A stretch of DNA of 64,000 nt from an uncultured Bacteroidota bacterium (GCA_946404125.1 CAMJCK010000017.1:349-64348), one strand, 5' to 3'. Numbered from the stretch's first letter, positions 1-10,442 are shown. Notes: generated by a model not told the origin, from the sequence alone. Numbers and translations: made by a program.

Positions 1-789
1 AAATTGTAATTTTTCGGCGCGGAAACAGGAAAAAATTAAAAATATTGAAAATATAAATGGTTGTGAATTGCTTTCAAAATTGTAATTTTTCGGCGCGGAA
101 ACAGGCTTCTCTTCGTCGAATCCCTCGACGTTCAGGTTGTGAATTGCTTTCAAAATTGTAATTTTTCGGCGCGGAAACAGGTATGCCGCAACGTAGGGCG
201 GGGAAAATATGGTTGTGAATTGCTTTCAAAATTGTAATTTTTCGGCGCGGAAACAGGATGACCATCGACAGCGGCTCAAGCCTGTCGGTTGTGAATTGCT
301 TTCAAAATTGTAATTTTTCGGCGCGGAAACAGGTTGCAGATTCTCAACTACCGCCCGCAGGTCGTTGTGAATTGCTTTCAAAATTGTAATTTTTCGGCGC
401 GGAAACAGGCAACCCCGCAGTGTTGTTGATTACCGCTTTGTTGTGAATTGCTTTCAAAATTGTAATTTTTCGGCGCGGAAACAGGTTGGCAAAGTTGATG
501 GTGCTGACAAAGCCGGTTGTGAATTGCTTTCAAAATTGTAATTTTTCGGCGCGGAAACAGGCAGCCGATACGTCGCGCCCCTCGGGGGTTGGTTGTGAAT
601 TGCTTTCAAAATTGTAATTTTTCGGCGCGGAAACAGGTCAGGGCAAAGAAACAAAGGTTGTGAAATTGTTGTGAATTGCTTTCAAAATTGTAATTTTTCG
701 GCGCGGAAACAGGAAGAAATCCAATGCTCCGTACTCCGATGCAGTTGTGAATTGCTTTCAAAATTGTAATTTTTCGGCGCGGAAACAGG
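1..789 (+). CRISPR. Type II-C CRISPR array (cas-proximal end; continues beyond the left window edge)
   Basis: 46-nt repeat GTTGTGAATTGCTTTCAAAATTGTAATTTTTCGGCGCGGAAACAGG starts at 60,136,212,288,364,440,516,592,668,744 (exact 76-nt period), plus a partial repeat at 1-29. Ten unique 30-nt spacers. Strand assigned from complementarity of the repeat 5' half to the tracrRNA anti-repeat at 6661-6686. Confidence 0.97.
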
Positions 790-843
790 AGATTATCCAA
801 ATCGCGCTGATTCACAACAAAATGAACCCTGTTTTAGAAACAG

Positions 844-874
844 AAAATCCGACCCTTTTGAGTCGGATTTTTTG
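844..874. terminator. Hairpin terminator between last CRISPR repeat and cas2, usable from both strands
   Basis: AAAATCCGAC / loop CCTTTTGA / GTCGGATTTT with a T-run after it on the + strand and an A-run before it (a T-run on the - strand). Confidence 0.6.
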
Positions 875-897
875 CTTTATGCGGCCGTTTTTTCGGT

Positions 898-2165
<1,268 letters not shown>

Positions 2166-2178
2166 ATTGATTGACAAT

Positions 2179-5100
2179 TTAATATTCTCCTACGGAAACA
2201 ATTTCGCCTATATGATTCACTCTAACTTTTACAATTAAATCTAATCCTTTTGAACTTCTAAAATCATTCCAAGTTACCCCACGTAATTTATAATCACTTA
2301 AATCAATTGTAGTTTCTAAGTGATGTCTAAAAACATAATTTTTATATGTGAATTTTTGCACCCTGAACAAATTTGGACTTATTGCAGCATAGTTTTCAGG
2401 ATTCTTGAACCAATCTTCATCGTACGCTTTCGGATTGAAAATCATATTGCCATCAGCATCATAACGCGGGAATACAAAATATTCGTTCTGCTTCATAGTA
2501 AACAGGAACTGCCAACCTTCTTCTTGTTTGTATGTCTTGTCAATTATCGGCAAATGCTGCATAGCGCGCGAAGTGGCTTCATAGAACGAAACTATCTTCT
2601 CTTCCAATTCATACTGAATGTTGCCGTTTTCGTCAAGAACAGGTTGGTTGTCTTTGTCAAGTTTTGGTTTGCGGTAGATTGCCACGTGGTGGTTATTGCC
2701 CGTATTCACAAAATCGACAGGTTGTTTGTTCCCTTTCTCGTTGAGAATCAGATTGCCGTCCTTGTCGCGCTTGTCGTGCAAGGCTTCGGCATTACTGATA
2801 CCTGTAATTGTAACTCGTTTTATTGCAATACCCTTTTCTTTGTTGAGCCAAATCGGGTTTTCGGCAAGATTCGAGAACGCCTTCTTCGCATCACCGCCAA
2901 ACTCATTCAGCCTGTCTTCTAGAATTTTACGAATGTTCGCATCAACAACCTTGTCTAATTTCAAATCGGGCGATACTTCTTTGCGAATAGTGTAAATGGT
3001 TTCAAATCCGACCATTTTGACTTTGTCTGGTACTTTGTCGGCGTGTTGTGTATCAAGCCATATCGGGTTCTTATCCAAAGCGTTTTTCCCTGTAAATGCC
3101 TTCTTCGCATCGCCGCCGAACTGGTTCAAGCGAGCCAACAATGCTTCACGGTAAAGTTTGCTTGCAACATTCTGTATTTTCTCCACATCGAAAGAAGCGT
3201 TTACCTTTTCTTCTTTAGTTACATAACGCTTGCTGCTGCCATACACTGTTTCCAAATGCAACTGTCCGCGCGGTGTGAGTTGCACTTTCTTGTTTGCGCC
3301 CGACTTCTTTTTCGAAGTGTTGATATTCTTTGTAACTACCTTATTCTTCGCTTTGTTCGAAATCAGTATGTTTTCCAACTGGCGTTTTGCTTCTGCACGG
3401 AATTCGTCGAGCGGCATCGGCGAGTTAAAACGAAGTTTGCCGTGATTATCACGATACAATTCTTTTTTCTCAATAGCATAAACTGCCGATTTACGTTGCT
3501 CTTTGTCCAAAGCGCTTATCTCCACCATATCCAAATCAATCCACTCATCGGCACCTTTCTGAACACGGGCATTTAAATTATTCAAATACTGGATAAAACT
3601 TCGTTTTGTAAAGGCTATTGTGAGCGCATCCATAGCGTGATGGCGGTGGTCGTTGCGCTTTGTCCAATCTTTGATTCGGCGTATGCGTTGTCCATCACGA
3701 CCTTCGATTATTTCGGTCATTCCCAATTTGTCGTACTTATCCCAATTGAGTTCCTGCATCACATCAACAAGTTGCCAATCCTCACGCAAACGGTCTGTTA
3801 TGCTGCCTGTTGTTGGCACAACAAAACGTACCAAGCCTTCCAAAATTTCACGTGCTTTCTTAGCAATATATTGAGAATCACGCAAATCACGATTAATGAA
3901 ACCGCTTGGAATATCGGCTTCCTTCATTAACAACTTGTCGCGCTTGGTTTTGCTGATTTTGCCGTCTTTCCACAAATTATCAATGCGATTTTTATACTCA
4001 CCATCGGCATAGGCTTCGCCATACTTTGTTACCACAAAATCGTATGCCGTTGCATTTGATTTTTCAAGGTTTGCCTGCCTTGCCTCCAATGTTTTATTCG
4101 AGAACGAGTCGTCGAAGAGTTTTGCCTGTGGTATAATATGCTCAATATCAAACTCTTTACTAAACACTTTTTCGTGTGGAATATAAGTATTGGTATATAA
4201 GGTTTTGAATCCGTTGTTTTCCAATTCCATATATAACTTGTACCGAATAATGTCGTTGCGGCTCACGTGCGACAATCCAAACTCATTTTGCAGTTTTTTT
4301 ACCAATTCTTCGTGAAGACGCGTTGTTTCATTGATTGATTTTGAAAGTTCTTCGCGTTCCTTGGCCGATTTTTTCAGTTCACGAGCCAATTCTATGCGGA
4401 TTTCGTCGGGTTTGCCATAAGCATCAACCACGCCATTGACCACGTTAACCATCTGATTGAGAATCTTCTCAACCACTGGATTGCGCAGACTGTTGCGTGG
4501 AAGTAAATCCAACTTGTCTTTCAGTGTTTTATTTTGAATTTCATCTTTCGTAAGCGAATTTTTTGAGTGCCTGTAACCCGCGTATTCACAGGCCACACTA
4601 TAATCCAATCCATCTTTTAAATGTGGCAGAATTTTGCGGATAGCCTTTGCGCTCAAACTGCTATATTCCCCCGCATCCTTGAACACAATATTTGCAAGGA
4701 TTATGGCATATTCCTTGTCAAAACCAAACGTATTCTTCAGTTTCTCAATCAGTTTTTCGTTACCCAACGCAGAATTGTCGCCTTCAAACGAATATAGCAA
4801 ATGCCAAAGTTTGTACATTGGTTGTTGCTCAAAGGCTTTCCCTTCAAGGCTTGAGTCAAATGTCAAAACCCTTGTGTCTATGCCTAAAGTGCTGAAAATA
4901 CTTGTTATAGTATCAACAGCATCGGCAGAAGATTTTTTTACTAAATCGCTCACATCGTGTCCGCTTCTTTCGGCAATGTTTTGATATGCCTTGAACAATT
5001 CCGACTGAGTGCGGTTGCCATCTAACTCTTTGAAATTCAAATCCACATCTTTTTGTTTCGGGAATAACAATTTCAAGACTTCGGCTTTAGACATTTTTTC

Positions 5101-6594
5101 TTTATAATTCAACTCTGCAAACAGCAAATCTTTTTCTTCTTGTTGCAACCGCCGTTTACCATAGTTGAACTCTGTTGCAAATCCAAACAGGTCTGTCTGC
5201 TGGTTAGGTATTATCATTCCTGATACTTCAACATCGTTCAGCCTTTGCCAAATCTTAAACTCTTGGAATAGTGGTGACGATTTCGGGCAGACTCGGCAAC
5301 CAATGGTTATTGTCTTCTTTTTGCCATCAATTTCTTTTTCAATCTGCTTGCTTTCAAATTCACAGAATGAAATCAAACCTTTCTGCGATTTGAGCGGTCG
5401 CTGGTAGAAAATCACCACATCGCGAATTTCTTTTTTGAGTTCTGGCGAGAGTTCTTTGTGAAATTTTGCCTGTGTTTCCCAAATGGTTTCAAACTCGTTC
5501 AAATAATCCTGCCGATAGAAAACTTGGTTTTTCAGGCTGTAATTCGGATTCTTGTCCAATTCAGCCATTTGATACTGCCCGACAGTCTGGTGGTTGAAGT
5601 ACAACTCTTTGCTTCGGTCGCTTATGTCGCCGAGATAGCCACTGGCATTGTTGATTTGCCCGTTGATTTTTTGGAAAACAACAATCAGTTGTTCGGGCGG
5701 CAGTTTTTCCGTCAGAGCCTTGCTGCGCCATACGTAATTTTCAAGTTTTTGCTCGGCAGTTGTTCCTGTGCGCTTTTCGCCAACCAATGTCTTCTCAACT
5801 TCAACTGTCTCATTCGTAGCCGTTTTATCATTCCATTTTATTTCTGTCTCTTTCCAATGCCAAACAAACTGACTGTTTCCAGCATTTTTATCTTTCGCTG
5901 GTGCACAAATTGCCCACGTGGCTTTCTCGTTTTTACCTGTCAATTCTTCTTTTAATTCATCTGTCAAGAATGGATAAAATTGTCTTTGAAAGGCATAAAT
6001 TTTATCAAACTCTGCCTGTAAATCAGAACGATAAAAATCAGGCAGATACTTTTTGCCACTCATCAGAAGTTCCAACGACAATTGACCTGGCGTTAGGTTT
6101 TCGTCATATAGGCGTTTTGCGACTTCCATTCCGTCAATCAACTGCCCTTCTTCCGTGTTTTTTGCCTTGCGGCTGCTTTTGTAACCACGTTTCTTGTTGA
6201 TTTGAAGAAGAACTCGCGCAAATTCCGCCAATGAAATTTCTTCGGTGGCGGCCTTCGCTCTCAATCTGTATGTTTCAAATGTTGTGCGGTTGCCATTTTC
6301 TGATAAAATAGTATCATCCGAAATAAAACCATTAGTTTTCAGTATCTCAATCAAGTTTTCACGTCGCAATTTGTAGCGTTGCAAGTTGCGGCGCATACTG
6401 CGTTTGAGTGTTCGGTCGGCATTGGTCGTTATACTTTTACCCTTCTCGAAATTCGTCAATTCGTCAACGGTGAGCGGATTTACTCTTACTCCTAATTTTA
6501 CAATAGATGATTTTTCTTCAGCGTTTTCCGCTTCATTCACCACCGCCCAACCAATACTGTTAGTGCCCAAATCGAGACCTAATATTTTCTTCAT
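2179..6594 (-). CDS. cas9: Cas9, type II-C, 1471 aa
   Basis: RuvC-I MKKILGLDLGTNSIGWAVV, HNH DIEHIIPQAKLFDDSFSNKTL, RuvC-III HRHHAMDALTIAF. Followed only by cas1 and cas2 (no csn2 or cas4), which is the II-C layout. Confidence 0.97.
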   Translation of the reverse strand: MKKILGLDLGTNSIGWAVVNEAENAEEKSSIVKLGVRVNPLTVDELTNFEKGKSITTNADRTLKRSMRRNLQRYKLRRENLIEILKTNGFISDDTILSENGNRTTFETYRLRAKAATEEISLAEFARVLLQINKKRGYKSSRKAKNTEEGQLIDGMEVAKRLYDENLTPGQLSLELLMSGKKYLPDFYRSDLQAEFDKIYAFQRQFYPFLTDELKEELTGKNEKATWAICAPAKDKNAGNSQFVWHWKETEIKWNDKTATNETVEVEKTLVGEKRTGTTAEQKLENYVWRSKALTEKLPPEQLIVVFQKINGQINNASGYLGDISDRSKELYFNHQTVGQYQMAELDKNPNYSLKNQVFYRQDYLNEFETIWETQAKFHKELSPELKKEIRDVVIFYQRPLKSQKGLISFCEFESKQIEKEIDGKKKTITIGCRVCPKSSPLFQEFKIWQRLNDVEVSGMIIPNQQTDLFGFATEFNYGKRRLQQEEKDLLFAELNYKEKMSKAEVLKLLFPKQKDVDLNFKELDGNRTQSELFKAYQNIAERSGHDVSDLVKKSSADAVDTITSIFSTLGIDTRVLTFDSSLEGKAFEQQPMYKLWHLLYSFEGDNSALGNEKLIEKLKNTFGFDKEYAIILANIVFKDAGEYSSLSAKAIRKILPHLKDGLDYSVACEYAGYRHSKNSLTKDEIQNKTLKDKLDLLPRNSLRNPVVEKILNQMVNVVNGVVDAYGKPDEIRIELARELKKSAKEREELSKSINETTRLHEELVKKLQNEFGLSHVSRNDIIRYKLYMELENNGFKTLYTNTYIPHEKVFSKEFDIEHIIPQAKLFDDSFSNKTLEARQANLEKSNATAYDFVVTKYGEAYADGEYKNRIDNLWKDGKISKTKRDKLLMKEADIPSGFINRDLRDSQYIAKKAREILEGLVRFVVPTTGSITDRLREDWQLVDVMQELNWDKYDKLGMTEIIEGRDGQRIRRIKDWTKRNDHRHHAMDALTIAFTKRSFIQYLNNLNARVQKGADEWIDLDMVEISALDKEQRKSAVYAIEKKELYRDNHGKLRFNSPMPLDEFRAEAKRQLENILISNKAKNKVVTKNINTSKKKSGANKKVQLTPRGQLHLETVYGSSKRYVTKEEKVNASFDVEKIQNVASKLYREALLARLNQFGGDAKKAFTGKNALDKNPIWLDTQHADKVPDKVKMVGFETIYTIRKEVSPDLKLDKVVDANIRKILEDRLNEFGGDAKKAFSNLAENPIWLNKEKGIAIKRVTITGISNAEALHDKRDKDGNLILNEKGNKQPVDFVNTGNNHHVAIYRKPKLDKDNQPVLDENGNIQYELEEKIVSFYEATSRAMQHLPIIDKTYKQEEGWQFLFTMKQNEYFVFPRYDADGNMIFNPKAYDEDWFKNPENYAAISPNLFRVQKFTYKNYVFRHHLETTIDLSDYKLRGVTWNDFRSSKGLDLIVKVRVNHIGEIVSVGEY

Positions 6595-6650
6595 AAAATT
6601 GCTTTATTAAATTTCCCCTTAAAATTAAGATATTTTTTAAGCAGGAATCA

Positions 6651-6658
6651 TATATTTG
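6651..6658 (+). promoter_or_regulatory. Candidate -7 promoter box for the tracrRNA
   Basis: TATATTTG matches the Bacteroidetes -7 consensus TAnnTTTG and ends 3 nt before the anti-repeat. Motif match only. Confidence 0.4.
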
Positions 6659-6660
6659 CA

Positions 6661-6742
6661 ATTACAATTTTGAAGCAATTCACAATAAGGATTATTCCGT
6701 TGTGAAAACATTAGGCTGCCTCGTCCTCAACGGGGCTTTTTT
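6661..6742 (+). ncRNA. tracrRNA
   Basis: ATTACAATTTTGAAGCAATTCACAAT (6661-6686) is complementary to repeat positions 1-27 with one bulged base and a terminal G-U. It is followed by a small GG-ATTATT-CC hairpin, a CCGTTG...CAACGG long-range stem and a T-run at 6737-6742. Divergent from cas9. Confidence 0.8.
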
Positions 6743-6784
6743 ATTGTGCCGCAAAAGAGCCTGACATTTGCGCCGGGCGGGCAC

Positions 6785-6815
6785 AAAAAAAGCCGCCCGC
6801 GCAAAGCAGACGGCT
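6785..6815 (-). terminator. Rho-independent terminator after the OmpH-like gene
   Basis: On the - strand: AGCCGTC-TGCTTTGCGC-GGGCGGCT followed by TTTTTTT. Confidence 0.55.
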
Positions 6816-6839
6816 TATAAAATCAAATCAATCAAGCGT

Positions 6840-7442
6840 TTACTTCTTCTTGTTTGCTTCGTACTCGTCGTTCAGACCTTTGATAATGTCGTTGGTAATG
6901 TTGTACGACTCGTTGGCATACCACATACTGCCGCCAATGGTGCGGGTGAGAATGAACTTGTAGCGCTCGGGTGTGTTGTACTTCTTAACATATTCCGAAA
7001 TCTTCTCGAACAGTTGGTTGTTCATATTCTGCTGTTCAACAGCCAGTTGGTTCGAGTACTCGTCCTGAAGGCGTTGGAATTCCTGCTGACGTACAACCAG
7101 GCGCTGCTGCTCTTCTTCGGCGCGTTGGGTGGTCAGGAAAATGCCTTTCTGAACCTTGTCTTGGAAGGTCTCAATGTCCTTCTGCAGCGATTTGGCGTCG
7201 CGCTCGAGTTTGCTCTGCATATTGGCGTACTTCTTCATAATGGCGTCGTTCAACTCAATCGAGAGTTTGTAGTTCACAAGGATCGAATCGACATCGATAA
7301 AGGCAATGTCGCACGCGCCAACGCAGGTTGAATCGTTTGCCACGGCTGCGGCCGAAGTTTGAGTCTGATTTGCACAACTTGTTGCAAGAAAGCCCATTGC
7401 AACCACTGCGACTGCACAGGCGATAATTGAATTTGTCTTCAT
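6840..7442 (-). CDS. OmpH/Skp-like periplasmic chaperone (lipoprotein)
   Basis: Signal/lipobox MKTNSIIACAVAVVAMGFLATSC, then a Q/E-rich coiled-coil region (QQRLVVRQQEFQRLQDEYSNQLAVEQQNM) typical of the OmpH family. ATG 7442 preferred over the upstream ATG 7481. Confidence 0.75.
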   Translation of the reverse strand: MKTNSIIACAVAVVAMGFLATSCANQTQTSAAAVANDSTCVGACDIAFIDVDSILVNYKLSIELNDAIMKKYANMQSKLERDAKSLQKDIETFQDKVQKGIFLTTQRAEEEQQRLVVRQQEFQRLQDEYSNQLAVEQQNMNNQLFEKISEYVKKYNTPERYKFILTRTIGGSMWYANESYNITNDIIKGLNDEYEANKKK

Positions 7443-7530
7443 ATAAATCTGTTTAATTACTTTAAATTTATGTTGCGCCAAATGTATTACAAATAGTGTG
7501 ATTTGGCAGTTTTTGTCGATATTTTTTTCG

Positions 7531-7721
7531 GGGAATCGGTGAATTGGTGAATCGGTGAATCGTTTAATTGTTTAACGGGTTTAACAAGTTGAACAGGTTT
7601 AAATCCCCAACACCTAACACCCAACACCCAATACCTTACTCCTTTACACTTTACTCCTTACTTCTTTACTCTTTACTCCTTACTCCTTTACTCTTTACAC
7701 CTTACACTTTACACCTTCTTC
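7531..7721. repeat. Low-complexity intergenic tract: GGTGAAT(C/T)G tandem units, then a 124-nt run with no G on the + strand
   Basis: 7531-7562 GGTGAAT repeats. 7598-7721 contains only A, C and T (CCAACACC and CTTTACTCC word families). Confidence 0.9.
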
Positions 7722-9145
7722 GTTATATACCTAATCGCCACCACCGACAGCACCGCCGTGAACACCAGGCCGATTGAGTATCCCCAGACGGGCGGCAGGC
7801 TGAGTCCTTCGGGCGCCAATAATATATAGGTGCTGCAGACCGACGTCATAAAAATGGCAGGAATGAGCGTGATAATATAGCGGCGGCCGTGGCGGTAGAG
7901 ATAGGCCGTGATTGCCCACAGGGTGAAGATTGACAGCGTTTGGTTGAACCAGCCGAAATAGCGCCAGAGCACGGCGAAATCGACAAGCATCAGCACGGCC
8001 GAAATGGCGAAGATTGGCACCGAAACGGCAAGACGCTTGGGCACGGTGTTCTGCGGAAAGTGCAGAAAATCAGCGGTTATGAGTCGAGCCGAGCGCAGAG
8101 CGGTGTCGCCCGAAGTGATTGGGGCGGCCACAACACCCAGAATGGCCAGAACGGCGCCTATGCGGCCCATCCAGTCGTTGCAAATGAAGTTGACAATGTT
8201 GGCGGGGTTGCCGTTCATCTTCAGCGCCAGCCCTTCCGACGTTCCGCCTGCGTACTTGATTGCGGCGGCGGCCCAAATCAGAGCCACAAAGCCTTCGGTA
8301 ATCATCGCACCGTAGAAGGCAATGCGGCCGTAGCGCTCGTTTTTCAGGCAGCGGGCCATCATCGGGCTCTGCGTGGCGTGGAATCCGCTTATGGCGCCAC
8401 AGGCAATGGTTATGAACAGGAACGGAAAGATACTCAGTCCTTTAGGGTGGTGAGTATGGAAGGCTTCGGTGATTTCGGGCATCGGGCCGCTATGGCTGAA
8501 AATGCCAATGAAAACGCCTGCGGCCATAATGAGCAGCGCCAGTCCGAACACGGGGTAAATCTTACCAATGAGCGTGTCGATTGGCAGCAGCGTGGCCATC
8601 ATATAATAGCAGAAAATGATAATGCACCAGAACGTCTTGCCGCCAATGAATCCCGACGTCGGCGTAAGCCCTTCGAGCAGGCCTGCGGGCGTGGTTACGA
8701 ACACAGCACCCACCATCACCATCAGCAACAATGAGAAGACGCGCATCACCTGACGCACGCCCAAGCCCAGTTCGTCGCCCACAATCTCGGGCAGCGACGC
8801 GCCGTCTTTGCGCAGCGAAATCATTCCCGACATAAAATCGTGGACCGCGCCGCCGAAAATGCAGCCCAGCACAATCCAAAGGTAGGCCGCGGGGCCGAAC
8901 AGAATGCCGCCAATGGCGCCGAAAATAGGGCCCGTGCCCGCAATGTTAAGAAACTGAATCAGAAACACTTTCCAAAGCGGCATCGGAATGTAATCCACTC
9001 CGTCCTGACGCGTATAGGCAGGCGTCTGACGGTTGCTGTCAACCCCGAACACCCGCTCAACAAAGGCACCGTAGAACACATATCCGAGCACGAGTGCCAA
9101 AACTGATACAATGAAAGTTATCATAATTGGATATTTTTTAAACAA
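7709..9145 (-). CDS. cstA: Carbon starvation protein CstA family transporter
   Basis: 478-aa polytopic membrane protein. N-terminal region YIPMPLWKVFLIQFLNIAGTGPIFGAIGG matches the CstA signature as I know it. Confidence 0.88.
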   Translation of the reverse strand: MFKKYPIMITFIVSVLALVLGYVFYGAFVERVFGVDSNRQTPAYTRQDGVDYIPMPLWKVFLIQFLNIAGTGPIFGAIGGILFGPAAYLWIVLGCIFGGAVHDFMSGMISLRKDGASLPEIVGDELGLGVRQVMRVFSLLLMVMVGAVFVTTPAGLLEGLTPTSGFIGGKTFWCIIIFCYYMMATLLPIDTLIGKIYPVFGLALLIMAAGVFIGIFSHSGPMPEITEAFHTHHPKGLSIFPFLFITIACGAISGFHATQSPMMARCLKNERYGRIAFYGAMITEGFVALIWAAAAIKYAGGTSEGLALKMNGNPANIVNFICNDWMGRIGAVLAILGVVAAPITSGDTALRSARLITADFLHFPQNTVPKRLAVSVPIFAISAVLMLVDFAVLWRYFGWFNQTLSIFTLWAITAYLYRHGRRYIITLIPAIFMTSVCSTYILLAPEGLSLPPVWGYSIGLVFTAVLSVVAIRYITKKV

Positions 9146-9159
9146 TGTGCGAAGGTAGG

Positions 9160-9430
9160 GATTTTGGTGAATTGGTGTATTAAAAGTTTAGGGGGAAAGT
9201 TTTTTGGACGACGGACTTCAGACTACAGACGACGGACAAATTCGAGTAAGGTGTAAAGAGTAAAGTTTAAAGTTTAAAGTTTGAAGAGTAATGTGTAATG
9301 ATTCGGAATTCATAATTCATAATTCATAATTAACCGTCACCCAACACCCAATACCTAATGCCTAGTGCCTAGTGCCTAATTCCTAATTCCTAATTCCTAA
9401 ATCCTAAATCCTAAATTCTAAATCAACTTT
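9160..9430. repeat. Mosaic low-complexity intergenic tract (C-free, then G-free segments)
   Basis: GGTGAATTGGTG; GACGACGGAC x2; C-free run 9244-9303 (GAGTAAGGTGTAAAGAGTAAAG, GTTTAAA x3); CATAATT x3; CCTAGTG x2; G-free run 9375-9430 (CCTAATT x3, CCTAAAT x3). Confidence 0.9.
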
Positions 9431-9525
9431 GTGAATAAATTGTTTGTAGGTTTTTTCGTATCGCTTTGACGATAAAAATATATTTAAGCCCCGAAAACAG
9501 GCATCCTGCCTAAAATGACAACAGT

Positions 9526-10434
9526 ATGAAATACAAAAGTTTAGTTGCGATAGACGATTACTCGAAAGACGACTATCTTGAGATTATGGACCTTGCGGCC
9601 TATTTCGAGAAGAATCCGGTTCAGAAACTGCTCGACGGCAAAGTGGCTGCCACACTGTTCTTCGAGCCATCGACACGCACGCGGTTGAGTTTTGAGAGCG
9701 CCGTCAACCGGTTGGGCGGCAAGGTTTTAGGCTTTTCTGACAGTTCGCAAACAAGCGTTTCGAAGGGCGAGACTCTGAAAGACACCATTTTAATGGTGGG
9801 CTGCTACGTCGACCTTATCATTATGCGCCACCCGCTCGAAGGCGCGGCACGTTACGCATCCGAGATTTCGAAGGTGCCAATCATCAACGCAGGCGACGGC
9901 GCCAACCAGCACCCGTCGCAATGCCTGCTCGACCTGTACTCGATAACCAAAACGCAGGGAACGCTTGAGAATCTGAAGATTACAATGGTTGGCGACCTAA
10001 AATACGGTCGCACGGTGCACTCGCTCATTATGGCGCTGTCGCACTTCAACCCAACGTTCAGCTTCATTGCGCCCGAAGAGTTGCGGTTGCCCGAAGAGTA
10101 TCGCACCTTCCTGCAACAGCGCAACATACCGTTTGAAGAGCACACCGAGTTGGCGCCCAACATCAACGACTGCGACATTCTGTATATGACCCGCGTTCAG
10201 CGTGAGCGTTTCGCCGACCCGCTTGAGTATGAGAAGGTTAAGAACGTTTACATTCTGAAAAACAGTATGCTCGACCACACCAAGCCGAATATGAAGATTC
10301 TGCACCCGCTGCCGCGCGTGAACGAAATCAGCACCGACGTTGACGACAACCCGAAGGCCTACTACTTTGAGCAGGCGCAGAACGGCGTCTACACCCGTCA
10401 GGCGATAATTTGTAAAGTACTGCAACTCAAATAA
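9526..10434 (+). CDS. pyrB: Aspartate carbamoyltransferase catalytic subunit
   Basis: 302 aa with STRTRLSFE and HPLPR motifs, immediately followed by pyrI. Confidence 0.95.
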   Translation: MKYKSLVAIDDYSKDDYLEIMDLAAYFEKNPVQKLLDGKVAATLFFEPSTRTRLSFESAVNRLGGKVLGFSDSSQTSVSKGETLKDTILMVGCYVDLIIMRHPLEGAARYASEISKVPIINAGDGANQHPSQCLLDLYSITKTQGTLENLKITMVGDLKYGRTVHSLIMALSHFNPTFSFIAPEELRLPEEYRTFLQQRNIPFEEHTELAPNINDCDILYMTRVQRERFADPLEYEKVKNVYILKNSMLDHTKPNMKILHPLPRVNEISTDVDDNPKAYYFEQAQNGVYTRQAIICKVLQLK

Positions 10435-10442
10435 ATCAGACT

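Noticed and set aside
638-667. Spacer 8 ends in GGTTGTGAAATT, resembling the repeat start GTTGTGAATT
   Set aside because: Array period and repeat integrity are unaffected. This is most simply a coincidence or a minor acquisition slip, with nothing further to test from this window.
30-743. Looked for self-targeting: spacers matching the island or other parts of the window
   Set aside because: No match recognised by eye on either strand. This is not an exhaustive search and needs a computational alignment.
74-815. ORFs 74..265, 454..654 and 606..815 (minus strand), with the recurring peptide FPRRKITILKAIHN
   Set aside because: They are translations of the CRISPR repeats. The periodic identical peptide is an artefact of the 76-nt array period.
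790-843. ATTCACAAC (reverse complement of the repeat start) and CCTGTTTT (reverse complement of the repeat end) just after the last repeat; possible second anti-repeat or inverted degenerate repeat
   Set aside because: Only 9-nt and 7-8-nt matches, far weaker than the 26-nt anti-repeat at 6661-6686. No adjacent promoter box. This could be chance or a leader-like remnant.
2320-6610. Many plus-strand ORFs (for example 2320..2922, 3043..3576, 5458..5955) inside the cas9 region
   Set aside because: They are antisense to a 1471-aa ORF with clear Cas9 motifs. Their peptides are low-complexity, with no motifs or start context.
7940-8734. 264-aa plus-strand ORF and other ORFs overlapping cstA
   Set aside because: They are antisense to a well-supported membrane transporter gene. 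Their Arg/Gly/His-rich composition is typical of GC-rich antisense frames.
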